Shown in pieces: positions 57,849 to 64,000 of a stretch of 64,000 bases of DNA; position 1 is the stretch's first letter, and each line of letters opens with the position of its first letter. The notes under the pieces were generated by a model that was not told the DNA's origin, did no database searches, and saw only the letters and a list, made by a program, of their open reading frames with translations. Origin of the DNA: an uncultured Nitrospiraceae bacterium (GTDB lineage: Bacteria > Nitrospirota > Nitrospiria > Nitrospirales > Nitrospiraceae); NCBI GenBank assembly GCA_963730935.1, contig CAVSTP010000004.1, positions 864,001 through 928,000 on the forward strand, read 5' to 3'. A program made the translations under genes and the position numbers.

Positions 57849-58925
57849 TCACTGCGGAAACGCTTTTGGCGCCTTGGCCTGTTGCCAGCCTTCGCCGTTC
57901 AACGAGCGAAGGAATGCCACCAGGTCCCCTTCCTCCTGTTCGGTGAGCTCCAACGGAATGATCGTGTTATCCAGATAGGGATTCTTGATCCCGCCTCCAT
58001 TGTAGAAGTCCACAACCTCCGCCAGCGTTTTGAACCGGCCATCATGCATATAAGGGGGGGTTCGTGCAATCTCCCGCAGCGTCGGCGTCTTGAAGGCACC
58101 GACATCTTCCGGATTCTTGGTCACCATATAGCGGCCCAGGTCCACGGTATTCGTATCCCACCCGATGCCGAGATTATGAAACTTCTCATCGGAGAAGTTG
58201 AAATTGGAATGGCATCGCGTGCAGCGCGCCTTGCCGCGGAACAACTCGAGTCCTCGTTTCGCCTCCTCGGACAAGGCCTTTTCGTCGCCGCCGTAGTCAA
58301 AACGGTCGGCCGGACTGTTCCCGGAAAGAATCGTCCGCTGGAAGCTGGCAATCGCCTTCCCCACATCTTCGACCACGATGTCTCGTCCAAACACGTCGTT
58401 GAACATCGCGCGGTAGCCGGCAATCTTTCGCATCTTCGTCACCATCTCCTCATGGTTGAGGAACCCGTGCTCGACTGGGCTCACGAACGGCCCGATTGAT
58501 TGGTCTTCGAGCGTCGCGGCGCGGCCGTCCCAAAAGTGCGACTGTCCATACACCCGGTTCACCGAAATGGGTGCGCTTCGCGTACCTTTCAGCTTGTCGA
58601 CGCCGATTGAGACCGCCTTTCCGTCCGCAAAGCCTTTGTCGGGCAGGTGACAACTCGCGCAGGCCACCGTGTTCTTTTTCGAGAGCCGCTTATCGAAAAA
58701 CAACTGGCGTCCCAGTTCCACTTTTTTTGCCGTGAGGGGATTGTTCGCCGGCACATAGGCGTTCGCATCCTCCAGCCCTAGAAGCTCCGGAAGCCGGTAC
58801 GGTTGCATGCCGGTTGTCGCTTCAGACTTGCCGCCCAAGGCGGCCTGGCTCAAGATGCCCAGCACCAATACCGTGACCGGCACAACGGCAAGGGTCACAG
58901 GCTTCGATTGTTTCCTCTTGTTCAT
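57849..58925 (-). CDS. Diheme cytochrome c peroxidase (CCP/MauG family)
   Basis: CASCH, CTRCH, FWDGRA and FKTPTLR..A.TPPYMHDG motifs. Confidence 0.93.
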   Translation of the reverse strand: MNKRKQSKPVTLAVVPVTVLVLGILSQAALGGKSEATTGMQPYRLPELLGLEDANAYVPANNPLTAKKVELGRQLFFDKRLSKKNTVACASCHLPDKGFADGKAVSIGVDKLKGTRSAPISVNRVYGQSHFWDGRAATLEDQSIGPFVSPVEHGFLNHEEMVTKMRKIAGYRAMFNDVFGRDIVVEDVGKAIASFQRTILSGNSPADRFDYGGDEKALSEEAKRGLELFRGKARCTRCHSNFNFSDEKFHNLGIGWDTNTVDLGRYMVTKNPEDVGAFKTPTLREIARTPPYMHDGRFKTLAEVVDFYNGGGIKNPYLDNTIIPLELTEQEEGDLVAFLRSLNGEGWQQAKAPKAFPQ

Positions 58926-58990
58926 CTCGGGTTCCTCCTTTCGTCATGAGATCCTGCTGTTTGAAAGGCAAGATACTGACTCCCATCGTA

Positions 58991-59036
58991 ATAAATCCAA
59001 TTGATAATGTATGATAGATCAATAAACATATCTTAT
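58991..59036. promoter_or_regulatory. LysR/OxyR-type operator in a divergent promoter
   Basis: ATAA-N7-TGAT (58991-59005) and ATAA-N7-TTAT (59022-59036) in an AT-rich spacer. Confidence 0.6.
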
Positions 59037-59045
59037 CGGATACCC

Positions 59046-59963
59046 ATGACCCTGACCGAACTGCAATACATTGTCGCCTTGGCCCAGGAACGGCACTTCA
59101 AACGGGCGGCCGATCGCGTGTTTGTCACGCAGCCGGCGCTGAGCCTGGCCGTCAAGAAATTGGAACAGGAGTTGGGGATGGCGATCTTCGAACGGAGAAG
59201 TCCTCACATCACCCTGACGCCGCTCGGAGAGCAGATTGTGCAGCAGGCACAGCATGTACTGGAAGGCGCCGCGCAGATCAAGGCGATCGCGTCACAGGGC
59301 GAGAATCAACTGCGGGGTTTGCTGCGGCTGGGCGTCATTGCGACGGTCGGACCCTACCTGTTGCCTTCACTCATTCCGCTTCTCCACAAACGCGCGCCGG
59401 AAATGCCGCTGGAAATCGAAGAGAACCTCACAGCACCACTCAGCCTCATGCTGAAAAATGGGCAGTTGGATGCCGTGATTTTGGCTTTGCCGTTCGAGGA
59501 GCCAGGCGTGGTCACCAAGGCACTCTACCGCGAACCGTTCAAAGTTGTTGTTCCGGTCACTCATGCGTGGGCGAAGAGGAAGACACCTCTGGAAGCCTGC
59601 CAACTCAGAAGCGAGAACGTCCTCCTGCCGGCCGCGGGCCACTGCTTCCGGCGACAGGTCCTCGAGTCATGCCCTGAAGTCAGCCGGGCGGAACGCGAGG
59701 GAACCCAAGGTAATTCACTCGAAACTCTCAGGCAGATGGTCGCGAGCGGTCTCGGGATCACGGTATTACCCTGCAGTGCCCTGACGCCGAAGCATCAAAA
59801 CAAACGGCTGGTGTCGCTCCGATTTGCCGAACCAGTCCCCGAGCGGACGGTCGGCCTGGCGTGGCGCAAAGGCTTCTCACGGCCACGTGCCCTTCAGGCG
59901 TTGATCGAAGCGGTGTACAAGGTCAAGATTGCGGATGTCGAGATGTGTGAAACGAGGACGTGA
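59046..59963 (+). CDS. oxyR: OxyR-like LysR regulator
   Basis: MTLTELQY HTH, GHCFRRQVLESC (both redox Cys) and SLETLRQMVASG motifs. Confidence 0.88.
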   Translation: MTLTELQYIVALAQERHFKRAADRVFVTQPALSLAVKKLEQELGMAIFERRSPHITLTPLGEQIVQQAQHVLEGAAQIKAIASQGENQLRGLLRLGVIATVGPYLLPSLIPLLHKRAPEMPLEIEENLTAPLSLMLKNGQLDAVILALPFEEPGVVTKALYREPFKVVVPVTHAWAKRKTPLEACQLRSENVLLPAAGHCFRRQVLESCPEVSRAEREGTQGNSLETLRQMVASGLGITVLPCSALTPKHQNKRLVSLRFAEPVPERTVGLAWRKGFSRPRALQALIEAVYKVKIADVEMCETRT

Positions 59964-59981
59964 CCTGCGTGGCTGTGGATC

Positions 59982-60686
59982 CTAACTAAGAGCATCCGCC
60001 CACGTAGCCACCGTGCGCGCTACTTCAGCAAGGACATCGACGTCGGTTTTTCCAAACCGCTTCAGCACATGGAAGGAGTGGTCCCCGCCGTCGACCACAT
60101 GCAAGGTGGAAAGAGGCACGAGTGTGTCGCAGAGCGGACGCAAGAGGACGAGATCGGCTAGCGTATCACGCGTGCCCTGGAGAAAAAGCATCGGGATCCG
60201 CACTCGAGCCAAATGCTCGGCACGCTGCGTCCCGGGACGGCCTGCCGGATGCAAGGGGAACCCAAAGAACACGAGCCCGCGCACGGAAGCAATCCCCGGA
60301 CTCGGGGCAGATCGCTCGTCGGCAACCGCCAGCGAAGTCATGCGCCCGCCGAGCGACTTGCCTCCCGCCAAGAGCGGCAAGCCGGGCGCCGTTTCGGATG
60401 CCGCCGCGACGGCCGCCCGTACTGTCGCAGTGAGCACCGCCGGAGGATCGGGTCTTTTTCGTTGCTGCTGCATATAGGGAAAGTGATACCGCAGCGTCGC
60501 CACGCCGCAGCCGGCAAGTTGGGCGGCCAGACGTTCCATGAAGGGGTGATGCATCCCCGCCCCTGCGCCGTGCGCAAACACCAACAGCCAGTTGGCATCG
60601 TCCGGACGGAGCAGCAACGCCTCGACATCGCCCACCGAGTCCGACACCCGCACGGTCAATGACGTCGTCGTGTGTGTGGACATCAC
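59982..60686 (-). CDS. Alpha/beta hydrolase (KANSL3/Tex30-like)
   Basis: AHGAGAG, GGKSLGGR, QGTRD and GGDHSF motifs. Confidence 0.88.
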   Translation of the reverse strand: MMSTHTTTSLTVRVSDSVGDVEALLLRPDDANWLLVFAHGAGAGMHHPFMERLAAQLAGCGVATLRYHFPYMQQQRKRPDPPAVLTATVRAAVAAASETAPGLPLLAGGKSLGGRMTSLAVADERSAPSPGIASVRGLVFFGFPLHPAGRPGTQRAEHLARVRIPMLFLQGTRDTLADLVLLRPLCDTLVPLSTLHVVDGGDHSFHVLKRFGKTDVDVLAEVARTVATWADALS

Positions 60687-60740
60687 CGGCCTTGACGATC
60701 ATCAACAACGAAGCCGTGGGAGGGATCAGGAACCATCATG

Positions 60741-61442
60741 TCAGCGGAGGTGCTGGGTGGACGCATCGAGATGCGTCAGCGGTTGGCCCCTCCGTCCGAT
60801 TGCGATCGCCTCGATTGCGCTCCCATAAGGGGTTGTCGTCCCATATCCCCTGACTTCCACGTCCATATTCTGTTGCAAGGACGAGTGAAAGTGCTCGCCC
60901 ACATCAGGAGGCAAGCGGACCTGCGTGCCGTCGGACAGGAGCGCACCATTGACGACGTCTTTCAAATGGTCATAGAGCAACACTTGGATGGTTCCTGCGG
61001 CGGTCATCTCGGTGACCGTCGGTCGTTCTTCCCTTGGCGGCATGGGAAGATCCAGCCGATAGGGCACAGTGTATGACCTACCATCAGTCACGTTGATGAT
61101 CACGTCGGGTTTCACGAGAGGCGAATCAGACGCACGGCGTCCATGCACACGTATGTGATCGCCGGGCTGGACTGCCTTCGTAAGGTCTTGCGCTGCACGG
61201 AGGGTGACGTGCATTTGGGATCCATCGCGCAGCAGTAACCCATTGACGTCCCCGCGAGGATTCAACAGATAACGATCAACGACGCCGTCGGCCACCGGAG
61301 GCTTCCCCATGGAGGGAGGATCGAGCACCGGAACAGAAAGACTGTCATCGGACGCTCGGTCCTGTGCCGGCGACATGGGAGAACATACAAGACCTGCTAT
61401 GAGAAAACCGGCAAAAAAGGTCTGAAGTGGTCTAGCTCGCAT
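60741..61442 (-). CDS. Exported protein with two internal repeats
   Basis: Two G.V/I...L.....VNG.LL.DG.Q...V.G units. Confidence 0.75.
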   Translation of the reverse strand: MRARPLQTFFAGFLIAGLVCSPMSPAQDRASDDSLSVPVLDPPSMGKPPVADGVVDRYLLNPRGDVNGLLLRDGSQMHVTLRAAQDLTKAVQPGDHIRVHGRRASDSPLVKPDVIINVTDGRSYTVPYRLDLPMPPREERPTVTEMTAAGTIQVLLYDHLKDVVNGALLSDGTQVRLPPDVGEHFHSSLQQNMDVEVRGYGTTTPYGSAIEAIAIGRRGQPLTHLDASTQHLR

Positions 61443-61565
61443 CGGTCACCAGTCAGCCATGCATACGAATCTGTGGCATTTTGTATTTTGAAAGAAATCC
61501 TCGGCGGACATCAAGGTAGAAAACGCCAGATCTTGTGGGAATAACACCGACGTCGTTGTACTGAG

Positions 61566-62816
61566 TTACGGTAACGAGGTCGGCTGATGGCGGCTCGGAT
61601 CAGTCGTGCGCCAAGCGATTGTCGCTGCGCTCACGAGCAGGAGCGAGGCCAAGAGAAATGGCGCACCGGGTAGATGTCCTACTGCGTCTGAACCAATGAA
61701 GTAGGCAAACACTTCCGTAAAGAGCATCGGGCCGAGCAACCCCGCGACGCCGTTGATGCTCGCAATCGCGCCTTGAAATTGACCCTGCTCGGATAGGCTT
61801 ACCCGCCGGCTCATCAGCGCCTGCGTGGCGGGGCCGGCCAGTCCCCAGAAGGCCATGACCGGAATGCCCAGGCAGAAGATCCAACCCGCCGGCGCCACGC
61901 CATACACAAGAAATCCGGCCGCACCGCTGAGCGAGCCTGCGAGCAGCGTCGCTCGTTCGCCGAATCGTGCCGTGATCGGACGGATCAGCCCGCCTTGGAC
62001 AATCATCGCTGCGACGCCGACACCGGCCAACATCAGTCCGACTGATGCCGTGCCCCAGCCATAGCGATAGCCCATGTAGAGGACCGCTGTGCTGGGGAGC
62101 ACCGCATGGGCGAGGTAGCCAAGGAATGCCACGGCCGCAAGGCCGAACAGTTCATGGTGCGAACGCAGCAGCACCAGCGAGCCGACCGGGTTCGCCCGTC
62201 GCCAACCGAAGGCCATCCGGCTCTGGAGCGGCAACGACTCGGGAAGCACGAACAATCCATAGCCCGCATTCAACAGGCTGAGAGCCGCCGCGCCCCAAAA
62301 CGGTAAACGCGGATCAAATGTGCCTAGCCATCCGCCCAGCGCTGGTCCGAACACGAAGCCCAAGCCGAAGACCATGCCGATCTTGCCGTAGGCAGCCGCC
62401 CGCTCCTCCACCGGCGTCACGTCGGCGATGTAGGCGCCGGCGGTACTGAAACTGGACGACGCGATGCCGGACATCGTCCGGCCGATGATGAGCCAGACGA
62501 CGTTCGGCGCCAACGCCATCACGAGATAGTCGAGGCCCAATCCGAGATTCGACAGCAACACGACTGGCCGCCGCCCGAAGCGGTCCGACAGCGCGCCCTG
62601 GATCGGCGCGCAGATGAACTGCATCAGCGCCCAGGCCGTGCCCATCAGGCCGTAGATCACGGCTGCCTTGGCCGTGTCGCCGGAAAGAAACTCCTCGACC
62701 AGCTTTGGCAGCACCGGAATCACAATGCCAAACGACAGCATGTCGAGCAGGACCGTAACGAGAATGAAGAGGATCGCAGCCCGTCGAGGCGGGGGGACAG
62801 TCGACGTGTCGGTCAT
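61566..62816 (-). CDS. TCR/Tet-family MFS transporter
   Basis: GALSDRFGRRPV motif A, AYIADVT and GFVFGPALGG motifs. Confidence 0.93.
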   Translation of the reverse strand: MTDTSTVPPPRRAAILFILVTVLLDMLSFGIVIPVLPKLVEEFLSGDTAKAAVIYGLMGTAWALMQFICAPIQGALSDRFGRRPVVLLSNLGLGLDYLVMALAPNVVWLIIGRTMSGIASSSFSTAGAYIADVTPVEERAAAYGKIGMVFGLGFVFGPALGGWLGTFDPRLPFWGAAALSLLNAGYGLFVLPESLPLQSRMAFGWRRANPVGSLVLLRSHHELFGLAAVAFLGYLAHAVLPSTAVLYMGYRYGWGTASVGLMLAGVGVAAMIVQGGLIRPITARFGERATLLAGSLSGAAGFLVYGVAPAGWIFCLGIPVMAFWGLAGPATQALMSRRVSLSEQGQFQGAIASINGVAGLLGPMLFTEVFAYFIGSDAVGHLPGAPFLLASLLLVSAATIAWRTTDPSRHQPTSLP

Positions 62817-62901
62817 GGCGGGCGCATCCTAACAGGTTGGAGCACCCGACTGCGAAGAAAGAGGAGCGGAGTCGACGGCCTCCGCTCCTCGTTGAAGACG
62901 G

Positions 62902-63294
62902 TTACTTGGCTTGGACGTCGAGCGGATATTGCGACGTGCCTGCTTCGGTGGAGACGGTGACCGGAATGGCGCCCGGCAGGAGATTCGGCACCGTGGCTTC
63001 GACAGTGGTCGGGCTCACATAGGTCCAGGCGTCCGTACTCTTGGGACCGAACGACACGCTGTGGAAGCAATGCTTGGTCCCGAAATTTTTACCGTTGATC
63101 GTGATTCTCTGACCCGGTTTGACAGGGTTCGGCATCACCATCGTGATCGTCGGATGCGCGCGATAATCGCACGCTGCCGGTTTCGCGGCCTTCCCGCTCG
63201 AAGGCGAAGACGACTTCGCATCGGCTATCGACCAGGAAAGCAGGAGTCCAATCAGACCACCAACGACCCAGAGACACGTCATGCGCTGTGTCAT
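62902..63294 (-). CDS. Exported IPT/TIG domain protein
   Basis: P.IT...P....PGQ.ITING.NFG pattern; AGGAAGGAGG RBS. Confidence 0.8.
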   Translation of the reverse strand: MTQRMTCLWVVGGLIGLLLSWSIADAKSSSPSSGKAAKPAACDYRAHPTITMVMPNPVKPGQRITINGKNFGTKHCFHSVSFGPKSTDAWTYVSPTTVEATVPNLLPGAIPVTVSTEAGTSQYPLDVQAK

Positions 63295-63419
63295 GTTCTG
63301 CCTCCTTCCTCTGTCCTTCAAAAAAAGTGGCGTCATCCTCTTAAAGTGTACCAGAGCGGGCCAGACCTACAACGTAAGGCCGCGAAGTTGAGAGGAAAAC
63401 CCACGATTGGGGATACCCG

Positions 63420-63960
63420 TTACGATGACCGGCCTACGTGCTTCCCAGTACCGCCTGCCCTGCCTTCGCTTCTCTGCCGGTGATATGGTGTACCGCGCCG
63501 GCAACGAGATGCTGGATGATGTTGTAGAAGATGATGGGAACCATGATGCGAGGAAACGAGGCGAAGGGCAAGCGAAGCCAGCACCAGACCCGTGCCGTTG
63601 TTGTTCATGCCCAGCCCGTACATGAGCGACACCCGCTCTGCCTCGTCTAGGTACAGCTCAACCAATAGGCCGCTGAAAACGCGGCCACGTAAAGGCCGGT
63701 CGTGATGCTCAACATGAACGCCAGAAAATCGAGGTCGTGCTCCGCGATGGCCTTGGGAAGCGAGACCGACGCATTCGAGTAATCAACGTGAGTAAGATGA
63801 TGGAGTTGCTGAGCGTGATGTACGGCATCACGCCCGCAAGCCTCGGTTCTGGTACCACGAATCGTACCCCGAGGCCGATCAACGACGGCAGGACCACCCA
63901 TACGCCGAGAAACGCCGCCGAGCCATAAACTGCGACAGCCCGAGCAGCGTGTAGCTGCGG
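63420..63960 (-). pseudogene. Bile acid:Na+ symporter (BASS)-like gene, multiply frameshifted, 5' part absent or degraded
   Basis: VVLPSLIG / YSNASVSLP / MYGLGMNNNGTGLVLAS / YNIIQHLVAG fall in different frames. Confidence 0.8.
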
Positions 63961-64000
63961 CTCTCCATTCTTCTCTCGGTCTGTGTTGTAATAAGGAACG

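Noticed and set aside
61566..62816. Calling the MFS gene tetA, or 50856..51722 a beta-lactamase
   Set aside because: Only family-level motifs are visible; no tetR is adjacent and substrates cannot be inferred.

Overview
This 64-kb bacterial window is an accessory, mosaic region of about 70 mostly unlinked genes in mixed orientation. The small-protein families and gene style suggest Nitrospira or a relative, which is an inference. Recognisable genes include pyk, adenine/adenosine deaminase, tpm, ada-alkA/ogt, an OxyR-like regulator facing a diheme cytochrome c peroxidase, a catalase-related protein, a SlyD-type PPIase, an MFS exporter, hydrolases, methyltransferases, PilZ proteins and two-component proteins. 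I see no rRNA, tRNA, CRISPR array, integrase or transposase. The main non-coding signals are: (1) a degenerate 20-45 bp repeat (consensus about AAAGGTGTCAGGAACCATTTCGCGGCGCGTGGCGGGCCGG) at about 14 gene junctions, always on the + strand, with a variant that swaps in a GGGACATTC left half; (2) about 8 co-oriented TAGACC-N17-TAGAAT promoter-like modules; (3) orphan gene fragments, a chimeric ORF and several pseudogenes. Together these suggest a polarised, non-attC gene-capture array, which is a hypothesis. Also present are a fluoride riboswitch ahead of a cation:proton antiporter, a MotA/ZorA-like plus single-TM gene pair, sigma54 promoters and LuxR/RcsB-like boxes.
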